From: an uncultured Acidobacteriota bacterium
GTDB taxonomy: Bacteria; Acidobacteriota; Polarisedimenticolia; J045
Reading direction: 5' to 3'
Length of the DNA: 64,000 nt
Assembly (NCBI GenBank): GCA_963702425.1
Contig: CAVPCQ010000011.1
Location: 96,001 to 160,000 of the forward strand
Shown here one piece after another: positions 40,830 through 50,455 of this stretch. Below the pieces are notes generated by a model. The model had not been told where the DNA came from. It worked only from the letters and a program-made list of their open reading frames with translations, and ran no database searches. The first letter of the stretch is position 1. Each line of letters starts with the position of its first letter. Made by a program: the position numbers and the translations under genes.

Positions 40830-43204
40830 GGCAACCAGCCCCAGAGCTTGTTCCAGATCCAGCGGGCGGGGCGACGGAGCAGGACGCGGCCCAGACTGGC
40901 GTTTCCGGTGTTGATCTTGGCTCGCCCCGTCATCCCCGACCGGAGGCCCTCGGGTTGCCCCGCCAACGCCGCGCGGACGAGAAAGACCTTGTATCCGTCC
41001 TCGTCGATCACGGCCTGGACCCCGACCCGCTGCACTTCCGCGCGAACGCTCGCCGTCGGCAGGGCGTAGAGCCGCACCTTGACCGGCATCGCAGCCGCAA
41101 TCAGCCCGGCGTCCCGCTCGGGGACGGCCACCTCGACCTCCTGGCGCTCGAGGTTGGCGATCTCGCAGAACACCTCCCCCGCTTCGAATCGCTCGCCCGA
41201 ACGATCCTCGATGCGCGGCGTGACCACGATGCCCGGCTCGCGAGCCCGGAGCCGGCTCCGTTCCAGCTCCGTCTCCCACCGCGTGACCTCGGAGGCGAGG
41301 CCTGCTGCCCGGGCCGCCTCGGCGGCCGCACCCGCGGCGTCGCCTTCGGCCCGACGCCGGGTCAGGGCACGCTCGGCGATCGCCAGCTGAGCCGTCGCCT
41401 CGGCCAGCGCCGCCCGGACTTCGACGTCATCGAGTCGCGCGATCTCCTGGCCCGCGTCCACGCTGTCCCCCTCCCGGACCAGGACCTGGGCGATGCGACC
41501 GCTGGCTTGCACCGAAACGGGCAGGCGCCGCTCCGGAAGGACGCGCGCGTCCCCCGCGATGCGCAGCGGCACCGGCACGAAGAGCAGAACTGCTGCCGCA
41601 AGTGCCGCGCCGCCGAGCCACGCGATGCGGCGCCGGCCCAGGGCGGCCAACCTCGCTTGCGTCCTCGCCAGGGGCTGCATCACCTGCCGCATCGGCATCT
41701 GCTGAAACAGGATGGCGTTGCGCAGCGCGACCGTGGCCTGGGTGGCGAGCAACTGCACCACTTCGAGATCCCGCGCCGAGAAGGCGTAGGGCTCCATGGC
41801 CTCGAGCGTCCAGACACCGAGTTTGCCGTCTCCATCGGCCAGGGGGACCGCGAGGAAGGAGTTGTTGCCCGTCTTCTCGAACCACGCGCTGAACTTCTCG
41901 CGCGTCTCGGGACGAGCGGTGTCGATCGAACCGTCCTCCTCGCGGACGACATAGACCCCCTCGTCCAGTCCCGCCGCCCACTCGACGATCCCTCGCAGTT
42001 CCTTTGTTTCGCTCAGGGTTTCGTCGACGAACCGCTGGCCGCTGATGGCCGTCAGTCCGAATCGCGCGCCGTGCTGGAGGCCGACCACCGCGCGCTGGTA
42101 CGAAAGCAGTTCGGCCGGCTTGTGGACCAGCGTGAAGGTGACGGTCTTGGCGTCGAGGTGCGAGGCGAGGGACTGCGACACGCCGAGCAGCGCCCCCAGG
42201 TCGGCCGCGCGACGTTCCGCATCGAGCCGCCGCGCGTTCGCGAGCGCGATCGCGGCGGTTCCCGCGATCTCCTTCAGGAAGGTCAGGTCGTCGGTATCGA
42301 GCAGCTCGCCACCGTTCCGGTTGACGACTTCGATCGCGCCGATGACACCGCCGTCGTCGTCGATGATCGGGGCTGCGGATGCCGAGGCGATCTCGAGGCC
42401 GCTCTGAACGTCGGGACGCGCCTCGACGTCGGCGATCTCCTCGGGCCCGGCAGCGAGCACGGGCTCGCCGGCCGCGAGGGCTGCTCCGGCGAGTCCTTCC
42501 GGAAGGCGCAACTCCCACCCCGCGACGACCTCCGCCGCGGTGCCCGCGGCGGCCGTCACGCTCACCGACTCGCCGCTCCCGTCGAGCAGCCACAGGTAAA
42601 CCTGCTCGACGTCGAGCGCGGCCTGCACGCGGTTGACGATCACCTCGGTCAGTGCGGCCATCTCGAGCGTGGCCGCGAACGAGCGCCCGATGTCGTAGAG
42701 GCGGCTCAGACGCTCGATCACCTCGATCATGTCCTGCTGCGCACGGTCCCGCTCGCGCACCGCGGCCAGGGCCGACTCGGCGGCGCCGAGCGGCTCGCGG
42801 GCCGAGGCGGCGTCGGCGACGCTGTAGGGACCCTCGCCGCGCGCGCGCTCGAGCAGCTCGATCACTCCGAACGGGCGCCCGGCCGCCCGCAGCGGGAGCA
42901 CGAGGCGCGAGCGGAAGCCGGCCTCGGTCGCCGCGGCCACGACCGGGGCGTCGAATGCCATCGCGCGCGCCGCCGCGTCCGGCGGCTCGACGTCGCCGCC
43001 ACCGCCGCGCGCGTCGGCCGGCCAGGCCCCCGCATACCGGAACCCGCGCCGCCGATCGAAGACGAACACCCGGACTCCGTCGGCGCCGAGCAGGGCCCCG
43101 ACCGCGCGCGCCAGCGCCCCCGCCGCCTGTGCCTCTCCGGTCGCCCGCGCCAGTTCGCCGGCCAGCCGCCAGACCGCCGCGGTGTCACCGCCTGGAACGC
43201 CCAT
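40826..43204 (-). CDS. Triple GAF domain + TM + HlyD membrane fusion protein
   Basis: Three GAF-type ends (LPLR.AGRPFGVIEL; APII...GVIGAIEVVN; VPLA..DGKLGVWTLE...FS.RDLE), a TM helix, GRIAQVLVREGDSV..GQ and LRSGMTGRAKI. Confidence 0.88.
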   Translation of the reverse strand: MGVPGGDTAAVWRLAGELARATGEAQAAGALARAVGALLGADGVRVFVFDRRRGFRYAGAWPADARGGGGDVEPPDAAARAMAFDAPVVAAATEAGFRSRLVLPLRAAGRPFGVIELLERARGEGPYSVADAASAREPLGAAESALAAVRERDRAQQDMIEVIERLSRLYDIGRSFAATLEMAALTEVIVNRVQAALDVEQVYLWLLDGSGESVSVTAAAGTAAEVVAGWELRLPEGLAGAALAAGEPVLAAGPEEIADVEARPDVQSGLEIASASAAPIIDDDGGVIGAIEVVNRNGGELLDTDDLTFLKEIAGTAAIALANARRLDAERRAADLGALLGVSQSLASHLDAKTVTFTLVHKPAELLSYQRAVVGLQHGARFGLTAISGQRFVDETLSETKELRGIVEWAAGLDEGVYVVREEDGSIDTARPETREKFSAWFEKTGNNSFLAVPLADGDGKLGVWTLEAMEPYAFSARDLEVVQLLATQATVALRNAILFQQMPMRQVMQPLARTQARLAALGRRRIAWLGGAALAAAVLLFVPVPLRIAGDARVLPERRLPVSVQASGRIAQVLVREGDSVDAGQEIARLDDVEVRAALAEATAQLAIAERALTRRRAEGDAAGAAAEAARAAGLASEVTRWETELERSRLRAREPGIVVTPRIEDRSGERFEAGEVFCEIANLERQEVEVAVPERDAGLIAAAMPVKVRLYALPTASVRAEVQRVGVQAVIDEDGYKVFLVRAALAGQPEGLRSGMTGRAKINTGNASLGRVLLRRPARWIWNKLWGWLP

Positions 43205-43607
43205 CGCGCCCCTCCCACGAACACGGGAGTCTAGCCGCGATCGGAGTCCTGATGAAACGCTGTCTTGGCGCGGTTAGCGGGCGCGGACGAACACGCGCCG
43301 CGGCGGCGATGGTCGGTTGGACGGGCCCGGGCGGCGAAGTCCCCGCCGCGTGGCGGAGGCGCGCACACTCTCCGCGCCCGGACCCGTCCCCCCGAAACGT
43401 CCGGCAGCACCCCGGGACCGGCAAAGCCGTCGGGGGGGACGGGAAAGCGGCCTTCGCGCGTTCCCGGGGCACCACCGGTATGCAGGGTGATGGTGACCCG
43501 CGGGAGCGGACTCCGCCGTGTCCGGGAGCGCCAAGTTTCTGATCCGGCGCGCCAGCCGGCGGCTTGAAGCGGGTCCGTCCGAAAGGTGGCGAAGCGGTGC
43601 GGACCGG

Positions 43608-44618
43608 TTATCGCCCCGCGGCGCGGAACTTGCGCGGCGAGTCGCCGTGCCAGCGGCGGAATGCGCGATGAAAGGCGCTGGGGTCGGAGTAGCCGAGCAG
43701 ATAGGCGACCTCGTAGACCGTGACGTCGCGCTCCTGCAGCAGGCGCCGCGCAACCCCACTGCGGAAGGAGTCGAGGACCTCCTTGAAACTCGTCCCCTCA
43801 TCCGCCAGGCGGCGCTGCAGGCTGCGGCCGCTCACGCCGAGCCGGGCGGCCACGACGCCGATCGACGGGCTGCCGGAGGCCATCTCCTGCCACAGCACCC
43901 TCCGCACGCCGTCGCCCGCCGAGTCGTCGTGCGACAGTTCTTTCCGCGCCTGCTCGGCCAACTGGTCGAGGTACGTGAGCAGGGTCTCGTCGGCCGTAGC
44001 GAGCGGCAGCTCGAGGTCCGAGGCATGCAGCACGAAGGCGGGCGCCTCCTGCTCGAAGCGGAGCGGGCAGCGGAAGATCCGGCGGAGCGCGGTGAGGTCG
44101 GCCGGAGCCGGGTACGGGAACCGGGCCTCGAGCGGGACGAGCTCGACCCCCGTCGTCAGCCGCGCGCCCGAGAGCAGCAGCGACAGGCGGAAGTCGATCG
44201 GCGGCCGCACCGGAGCGTACAGGAACGCGCGCTGCAGCTGGACCTCGGCCCGGTCCTCGCGGCGCCGCAGCGCGACGACGAGGTCCTCCGCAACGATCTG
44301 GCTGTAGCGGGAGACGCGGTGCAGCCCTTCCCCCAGCGTGCGGGCGAGCCGCATCGTGTAGGCGACGAGGCCGAGATCGCGATACGCTCGACTCTCCGCC
44401 ACGAGCAGGCCGACCGCCGGGTCCGGGACGCGCTTCGCGATCACTCCCCAGAGCCGCCGGAGCTTCGAGATCGGGACCCGGGCGTCCGGGTCGCGCAGTT
44501 CGTCCGCGCCGAAGCCGGCCTCCCTCAGCAGGGCGTCGGGGTCGAGCCCGAAGCGCTTCGTGCCGTGCGCGATGAAGAGCGGCAGGCGAACGAGCGCGGT
44601 CTGGTCGGAATCGTGCAT
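43608..44618 (-). CDS. AraC family transcriptional regulator (Arabinose_bd_2 N-terminus)
   Basis: VAARLGVSGRSLQRRLADEGTSF...VAYLLGYSDPSAFHRAFRRWHG.SP. Confidence 0.92.
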   Translation of the reverse strand: MHDSDQTALVRLPLFIAHGTKRFGLDPDALLREAGFGADELRDPDARVPISKLRRLWGVIAKRVPDPAVGLLVAESRAYRDLGLVAYTMRLARTLGEGLHRVSRYSQIVAEDLVVALRRREDRAEVQLQRAFLYAPVRPPIDFRLSLLLSGARLTTGVELVPLEARFPYPAPADLTALRRIFRCPLRFEQEAPAFVLHASDLELPLATADETLLTYLDQLAEQARKELSHDDSAGDGVRRVLWQEMASGSPSIGVVAARLGVSGRSLQRRLADEGTSFKEVLDSFRSGVARRLLQERDVTVYEVAYLLGYSDPSAFHRAFRRWHGDSPRKFRAAGR

Positions 44619-44628
44619 CGGCGATGCC

Positions 44629-45108
44629 TCAGACGAAGTATGCCAGCATGAGCACCCCGACCATCACGGCCGCGAGCGCGAGCTTGCCGACCGTGCCGAG
44701 CAGGAACCCGAGCGCGACCCCGGCGCCGGCCCGGGCCGCCCGCTTGAACTCCGGGTCCTTGAAGTACTCCAGCGCGAAGGCCCCGAGGGGCGGGCCCAGC
44801 AGCACCCCGGGCAGGCCGAAGAACAGCCCGACCAGGAGCCCGAGGCCCGCGCCGGCGAGGCCCCAGGCCGAAGCGCCCATCTTCTTCGCCCCCAGCAGCG
44901 AGGCGGCGAAGTCGACGATCGTCATCAGCAGCGCAAGGACTACCGCGGCGACGATCGTCGGCCAGCCGATCCGCTGGAACCCCTCGGCCCAGGCGATCGC
45001 GACCACGCCCAGCACCAGGAACAGCGCGCCCGGCAGGGCCGGCACCACGAGTCCCGCGATGCCGAGCCCCACGAGCGCGATTCCCAGGGCGTAGAGCGCG
45101 ATGGTCAC
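44629..45108 (-). CDS. DUF456 family membrane protein
   Basis: GLVVPALPG, GAKKMGAS.WG and G.LLGP.LGAF..E. Confidence 0.8.
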   Translation of the reverse strand: MTIALYALGIALVGLGIAGLVVPALPGALFLVLGVVAIAWAEGFQRIGWPTIVAAVVLALLMTIVDFAASLLGAKKMGASAWGLAGAGLGLLVGLFFGLPGVLLGPPLGAFALEYFKDPEFKRAARAGAGVALGFLLGTVGKLALAAVMVGVLMLAYFV

Positions 45109-45133
45109 CGGTCGAGGACGCCGACGGGTCCGG

Positions 45134-45709
45134 TTACGGCCGGCCGCCGGCGACCGCGGACCTCACACGGCCGGCGAAGCCCTTGATCTTGAACGCGAAG
45201 ATGATGTTGAAGACGCCGATCGCGAGCGCGAACAGCCCCAGCGCCATCGTGATGCCGACCGCCGAGACCAGGGGCGCGTAGACGCAGTAGATCCCGAAGA
45301 GGATCGAGATCGCACCGAGCAGGACCAGCAGCCACTCGCCCTCGATCTCGTGGCGCAGCTTGAGCGCGGTGTAGATCTCGAACCCGCCGCCGATGATGGC
45401 CCAGGCGGCAATGAACATCAGGATCGCCAGGCCGGTGGCGAGCGGCGAGGTGAAGGTCAGGATCCCGAGCAGGATCCCGAGCGCGCCGCCGATCCCGACC
45501 AGCCACTTGTCGTCCTTGGGGGTGTTGCTCGAGAAGGCCGCGAAGAGCCGGAAGACGCCGTCCACGAGGAACCAGGCGCCGATGTAGAGCAGCAGCGCCT
45601 CCATCGTCAGGCCCGGCTTCAGGAGCGCGAGCACACCGAACAGGATCGCGAGGATCCCGCGGATCAGGAAGAGCCACCAGGTGCGCGAGAGCTGGTTGAG
45701 CAGCGACAT
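45134..45709 (-). CDS. HdeD/DUF308 family membrane protein
   Basis: WWLFLIRGILAILFG, IAAWAIIGG..EI and LRHEIEGEW. Confidence 0.85.
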   Translation of the reverse strand: MSLLNQLSRTWWLFLIRGILAILFGVLALLKPGLTMEALLLYIGAWFLVDGVFRLFAAFSSNTPKDDKWLVGIGGALGILLGILTFTSPLATGLAILMFIAAWAIIGGGFEIYTALKLRHEIEGEWLLVLLGAISILFGIYCVYAPLVSAVGITMALGLFALAIGVFNIIFAFKIKGFAGRVRSAVAGGRP

Positions 45710-45873
45710 GAGTTTTCTTCTCCTGGAACTGAACCAGTGGATCGAATCGCAGCGGCGAGCCATCCCCGAGGCTGCCGGCGGAAGGCTATCACGCTCGCCG
45801 GAGGCGGCGCTGCCCACGCCGCGCCGCCCCCTGCCCGATGCGTTTGTCAGTCATCCCGCGCCGATTCCCCGTC

Positions 45874-46347
45874 TCAGTGGGGCGGGCCGCTCACGGTCGC
45901 GCGCTTCGGGTGCACGAGGCGTTCGAAGTCGTCGAAGGCCATCTCGACCAGCTCCGTGTGGTCGCCGCCGTTGAAGGCGATCCGGTCGTTGTGGAAGACC
46001 TTGTCGTCGACGACGACCGGCACGCCGTAGAGGTTCCCGAACGGCGGCATCGCCCCGACGTCGCAGTCCCGGAACAGGCCGGCGAACTCGCGCTCGTGCT
46101 CCATCACCGCGTCGTGGGCGTGGAGCGCGGTCTTGAGCTTGCCGACGTCGATCCGGTCGTTGGCCGTGGTGACGACCATCGTGTGCTCGCCGTCGATCCG
46201 GACCATCACCGGCTTGACCATTTTCTGCCCGTGCACGTGCGCGCGTTCGGCGACGCGTTGCGCGGTGTAGGCCGGCGTGTGGACGGTGACGGTGTAGTGC
46301 ACGTGGTGGTCGTCGAGGAACGACTTGAGACGTTGGCACAGTGGCAT
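45874..46347 (-). CDS. YbaK/EbsC family aminoacyl-tRNA editing protein
   Basis: H..AYTAQ..A, MVKPV, F.DC.VGAMPPFG and FNGG.H. Confidence 0.85.
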   Translation of the reverse strand: MPLCQRLKSFLDDHHVHYTVTVHTPAYTAQRVAERAHVHGQKMVKPVMVRIDGEHTMVVTTANDRIDVGKLKTALHAHDAVMEHEREFAGLFRDCDVGAMPPFGNLYGVPVVVDDKVFHNDRIAFNGGDHTELVEMAFDDFERLVHPKRATVSGPPH

Positions 46348-46483
46348 CGGGTCCTCCTCGCTCGCGCGCCGGGGCGGCGCAGGACGAGGCGCGCGCCCCG
46401 ATTCGAGAATGATTATGCGCCTCGATCGGGCCGGAGGGCCCGGCCTTACCGAGTTCCTTTCGCGGTGCCTTCAAACCGGAAGC

Positions 46484-47737
46484 TCAGCCGGGCTGCGTCA
46501 TCTCCGCCAGCGCGGAGCCGAAGCGCTCGACCTCCTCCGCGGTGTTGTAGTGCAGGAGGCCGGCGCGCAGGACCCCGTCGGGCTCGAGACCCAACGCCTC
46601 GGTCAGCGCGATCGCGTAGAAGTGCCCGCTCCAGGTGAAGATCCCGCGCCCGGCGAGGTGTCGCGCCAGCTCGGCCGGCGACCGGCGGACGCACGTGACG
46701 GCGAAGGTCGGCGTGCGCTCGGCGATGCGCGCCGGATCGGCGACCCCGTGCAGGGTGAGGCCCGGGATCGCCGCCAGGCGCTCGAGAGCCTGGCGGGACA
46801 GGTCCCGCTCGTAGGCCTGGATCCCCGCCATGGCGGCAGCGATCGCGGCGCGGCGCCCCGCCGCGGCCGGGTCGAGCGCGCGGCCGAGGTCGGCCAGGTA
46901 CTCGATCGCGGCCAGCGTTCCCGCGATCCCCTCGTGGTTCAGCGTGCCGGTCTCCCAGCGGTGCGGCAGCGCTTCGGCGGCCGGACGAACCTTGTAAGCC
47001 GGGAGTGTCTCGAGCAGCGCGCGGCGGCCCCACAACAGGCCGACGTGCGGCCCGAAGAACTTGTAAGCCGAGCAGGCGAGGAAGTCGCAGTCCCACGCCG
47101 CGACGTCGACCAGCGCGTGCGGGGCGTAGTGGACCGCGTCGAGGAAGACCAGCGCGCCCCGGGCGTGGGCCAGCTCGGTGATCCGGCGGACGGGCTGGAT
47201 CGTTCCGACCGCGTTGGAAGCACAGCCGACCGCGACGAGTCGCGTGCGGCGCGACAGCTTCCGGGCCAGGTCGTCGAGGTCGAGCGTGCAGTCCTCGCGC
47301 CGGATTTCGACGTGTTGCACTATCACATTGGCGTCGCGCGCGGCCAGCAGCCAGGGCGCGACGTTTGCGTCGTGGTCGGCCCGCGTGACCAGCACTTCGT
47401 CGCCGGGGTTCCAGCTGCGGGCGAGCGAGCGAGCCAGCGCCATCGTCAGCGTCGTCATGTTCGCGCCGAACGCGATCTCGCCGGGATCGGTCGCGCCCAG
47501 CAGGTCGGCCGCGGCGGCGTGGGCCTCGTCGAGCATCGCGTCGGTCTCGACGCTGGTCGCGAAGGCGCCCCCGGAGTTGGCGTTCCGGTCCGAGAGGGTG
47601 CCGGAGACGGCGTCGATCACCCGCCGCGGGACCTGGCTCCCCCCGGGCCCGTCGAGATAGGCCGCCGGGAACTCCCCCACGCGGCGCGCGAGGGCCGGGA
47701 ACTGGGCGCGGACGCGGTCGACCGGAAACGGCTCCAT
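46484..47737 (-). CDS. Cysteine desulfurase-like PLP enzyme (class V aminotransferase)
   Basis: YLDGPGGSQVP, DHDANVAPW, ASNAVGT, DAVHYAPH and CSAYKFFGPH. Confidence 0.9.
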   Translation of the reverse strand: MEPFPVDRVRAQFPALARRVGEFPAAYLDGPGGSQVPRRVIDAVSGTLSDRNANSGGAFATSVETDAMLDEAHAAAADLLGATDPGEIAFGANMTTLTMALARSLARSWNPGDEVLVTRADHDANVAPWLLAARDANVIVQHVEIRREDCTLDLDDLARKLSRRTRLVAVGCASNAVGTIQPVRRITELAHARGALVFLDAVHYAPHALVDVAAWDCDFLACSAYKFFGPHVGLLWGRRALLETLPAYKVRPAAEALPHRWETGTLNHEGIAGTLAAIEYLADLGRALDPAAAGRRAAIAAAMAGIQAYERDLSRQALERLAAIPGLTLHGVADPARIAERTPTFAVTCVRRSPAELARHLAGRGIFTWSGHFYAIALTEALGLEPDGVLRAGLLHYNTAEEVERFGSALAEMTQPG

Positions 47738-47826
47738 GAAGGGTCCCCTTTCGGGCGGCGAGTATAGGCGCGCCGCTGGATCTCCCTGATAATCGCCGGT
47801 CTGCGAGGAGCCCCGTGACCGACCCG

Positions 47827-49206
47827 ATGACTGCCGCTCGATTCGCGCTCGTCGCTGTTGCTTTCCTTCTCCTGCCGGGCGGCAGCGCGCCGGGGCTCGG
47901 CTCCCCGGCCGACGGCAGCCCGGACGAGCGGGCGGCTCCCGGCGCGGCCGGAGCGCCGGCACTGGCCCTCGTCGGCGCGCGGATCCTGCCGGTCGCGGGG
48001 CCGCCGATCGACGACGGCGTGCTGGTCGTCTCCGGCGGGAAGGTCGCGGCGGTCGGGGCGCGCGGGTCCGTGGCGATCCCCGCCGGCGCGGAGGTGCGCG
48101 ACCTCTCCGGACGCGTCGTGATCCCGGGCCTCGTCGACACGCACAGCCACATCGGCGGCGTCGGCGGCGCGGACGGGAGCGGGCCGATCCAGCCCGAGGT
48201 CCGGATCTACGACTCGCTGAACCCGTTCGATCCCGGCTTCCGGCGCGCGGTCGCGGGCGGCCTGACGACGATGAACGTGATGCCGGGCTCGGGCCACCTG
48301 CTTTCCGGCCAGACGGTCTACCTGAAACCGCGCGGCGGCGAGACGATCGACGCCTTCTTCATCCTGACGGCCGACGGCCGCCCTGCCGGCGGCATGAAGA
48401 TGGCGAACGGCACCAACTCGATGCGCGACACCCCGTTCCCCGGCACCCGCGGCAAGTCGGCGGCGCTCGTCCGCGAGATGTTCGTGAAGGCGCAGGCCTA
48501 CCGCGAGAAGAGCCGGGACGAGGACCCGGCGAAGCGCCCCGCGCGCGATCTCGGGATGGAGGCGGTGGTCGAGGTGCTCGACGGTACGCGCATCGTGCAG
48601 TACCACTCCCACCGCGCCGACGACATGATGACCGTCCTTCGGCTCGCGCAGGAGTTCCACTTCAAGCCGGTGCTGCACCACGCGAGCGAGGCGTGGAAGA
48701 TCGCCGACGAGCTCGCAGCGGCAGGGATCCCGGTGTCGGCGATTCTCGTCGACAGCCCGGGCGGCAAGCTCGAGACGCGCGACCTCTCCTTCGAGACCCC
48801 CGGGGTCCTGGAGCGGGCCGGCGTCACGGTGGCGCTCCACACCGACGACTGGATCACGGACAGCCGATTCTTCCTGCGGATGGGGGCGATCGCGGTGCGC
48901 GGCGGCATGTCGCGCGAGGGAGCGCTGCGTGCGCTGACCTCGTCCGGCGCGGAGATCCTGGGCCTCGCGGGGCGCGTCGGCTCGCTCGCGCCGGGGAAGG
49001 ACGCCGACTTCGTCGTGCTCGACGGCGACCCGTTCGGCGTCCACAGCCACGTCGAGGAGACCTGGATCGAGGGGCGGAGGGTCTTCGACCGCAGCCTCCC
49101 GGCCGACCGCCTCTACGCGACCGGCGGCTTCGGCGCCGGCAGCGAGCGCAAGCCGTACCTGTGCTGCGCGGACGAGGCGGCGCTGGCCGCGGGAGACGCG
49201 CAGTGA
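47827..49206 (+). CDS. Secreted amidohydrolase family protein, metal ligands intact
   Basis: Signal peptide, PGLVDTHSH, MKMANG, YHSHR, HTDD and GSLAPGKDAD. Confidence 0.88.
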   Translation: MTAARFALVAVAFLLLPGGSAPGLGSPADGSPDERAAPGAAGAPALALVGARILPVAGPPIDDGVLVVSGGKVAAVGARGSVAIPAGAEVRDLSGRVVIPGLVDTHSHIGGVGGADGSGPIQPEVRIYDSLNPFDPGFRRAVAGGLTTMNVMPGSGHLLSGQTVYLKPRGGETIDAFFILTADGRPAGGMKMANGTNSMRDTPFPGTRGKSAALVREMFVKAQAYREKSRDEDPAKRPARDLGMEAVVEVLDGTRIVQYHSHRADDMMTVLRLAQEFHFKPVLHHASEAWKIADELAAAGIPVSAILVDSPGGKLETRDLSFETPGVLERAGVTVALHTDDWITDSRFFLRMGAIAVRGGMSREGALRALTSSGAEILGLAGRVGSLAPGKDADFVVLDGDPFGVHSHVEETWIEGRRVFDRSLPADRLYATGGFGAGSERKPYLCCADEAALAAGDAQ

Positions 49207-50447
49207 GCGGGCGCCGGCTTTCCTGCCGGACGCTGGCCGTCGCGGCGGCCGTCGCCGCCGCGCTGCTGGCATCCCCGGCGATCTCCCCCGCCGCCGCACA
49301 GGTCGCGGTGCGCGGCCGGCTGGTCCACACGATGGCGGGCCCGGCGATCCCGGACGGCGTCGTGATCGTCGCCGGCGGCAGGATCGTCGCGGTCGGCCCG
49401 GCGGCGACGACGCCGGTCCCCGCGGGCTACCGCGTGATCGAGGCGGCGGTCGTCATGCCGGGGCTGATCGACGCGCGCTCGGTCGTCGGGCTGTCGGGGC
49501 TGCTCAACCAGAAGCAGGACCAGGATCAGCTCGAGCACTCGACCCCGCTGCAGCCGGAACTGCGGGCGATCGACGCCTACAACCCGCTCGATCCGCTGGT
49601 GGCGTGGGTGCGCGGGTTCGGCGTCACGACGCTGCACACCGGGCACGCGCCGGGCGAGACGGTCGCGGGCCAGACGATGATCGTCAAGACCGCGGGGCGC
49701 ACCGCCGACGCCGCGCTGGTGCGTGAGCCGGCCGCCATCGCCGTCTCGCTCGGGCCGATCGCAACCAAGGACGAGGGGAGATCGCCCGGCACGCGCGGCA
49801 AGCAGGCTGCGCTGCTGCGGGCCGAGTTGGTCCGGGCGCAGGAATACCGCACCAAGCTCCGGGATACCGCGGCCGAGAAGCGGCCCGAGCGGAGCCTGCG
49901 GCTCGAGGCGCTGGTCCGCGTCCTGGACGGCGAGTTGCCGCTCCTGGTCTACGCGCAGCGCGCGCAGGACATCGCCACCGCGCTGCGGATTGCCGAGGAA
50001 TTCGGGATCCGGGTCTGGCTCGAGGGGGCCGCCGAAGGCTACCTGCTGCTCCCCGAGATCAAGTCGGCGGGCGTGCCGGTGATCGTCCACCCGACCATGG
50101 CGCGCGATTACGGCGAGCTGGAGAACGCCAGCTTCGAGACCGCGGCGACGCTGCGGCGCGCCGGGACCCCGGTGGCGTTCCAGAGCGGCTACGAGAGCTA
50201 CGTGCCGAAGACGCGCGTCGTGCTGTTCGAGGCCTCGGCGGCCGTGGCGAACGGCCTCCCGGACGAGGCGGCGCTGGCGCTGCTGACGATCGACGCGGCG
50301 CGGATCCTCGGGATCGCGGACCGGGTCGGCTCGCTCGAGCCGGGCAAGGATGCGGACCTCGCCCTGTACGACGGTGACCCGCTGGAATACACCTCCCACT
50401 GCCTGGGGGCCGTGGTCGGCGGCGAACCGTTCCTCGAGGGGCGATAG
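49203..50447 (+). CDS. Secreted amidohydrolase-fold paralogue lacking the HxH motif
   Basis: PGLIDARS in place of HxH; GSLEPGKDADL; GTGA overlap with the upstream gene. Confidence 0.85.
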   Translation: MSGRRLSCRTLAVAAAVAAALLASPAISPAAAQVAVRGRLVHTMAGPAIPDGVVIVAGGRIVAVGPAATTPVPAGYRVIEAAVVMPGLIDARSVVGLSGLLNQKQDQDQLEHSTPLQPELRAIDAYNPLDPLVAWVRGFGVTTLHTGHAPGETVAGQTMIVKTAGRTADAALVREPAAIAVSLGPIATKDEGRSPGTRGKQAALLRAELVRAQEYRTKLRDTAAEKRPERSLRLEALVRVLDGELPLLVYAQRAQDIATALRIAEEFGIRVWLEGAAEGYLLLPEIKSAGVPVIVHPTMARDYGELENASFETAATLRRAGTPVAFQSGYESYVPKTRVVLFEASAAVANGLPDEAALALLTIDAARILGIADRVGSLEPGKDADLALYDGDPLEYTSHCLGAVVGGEPFLEGR

Positions 50448-50455
50448 CGGAGACG

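Noticed and set aside
43249-43443. Hammerhead ribozyme (CTGATGA ... CGAAAC ... GTC)
   Set aside because: The core words are present, but stem I cannot form (GGAGTC vs GGGGGGG) and stem II would be ~140 nt without clear closing pairs.
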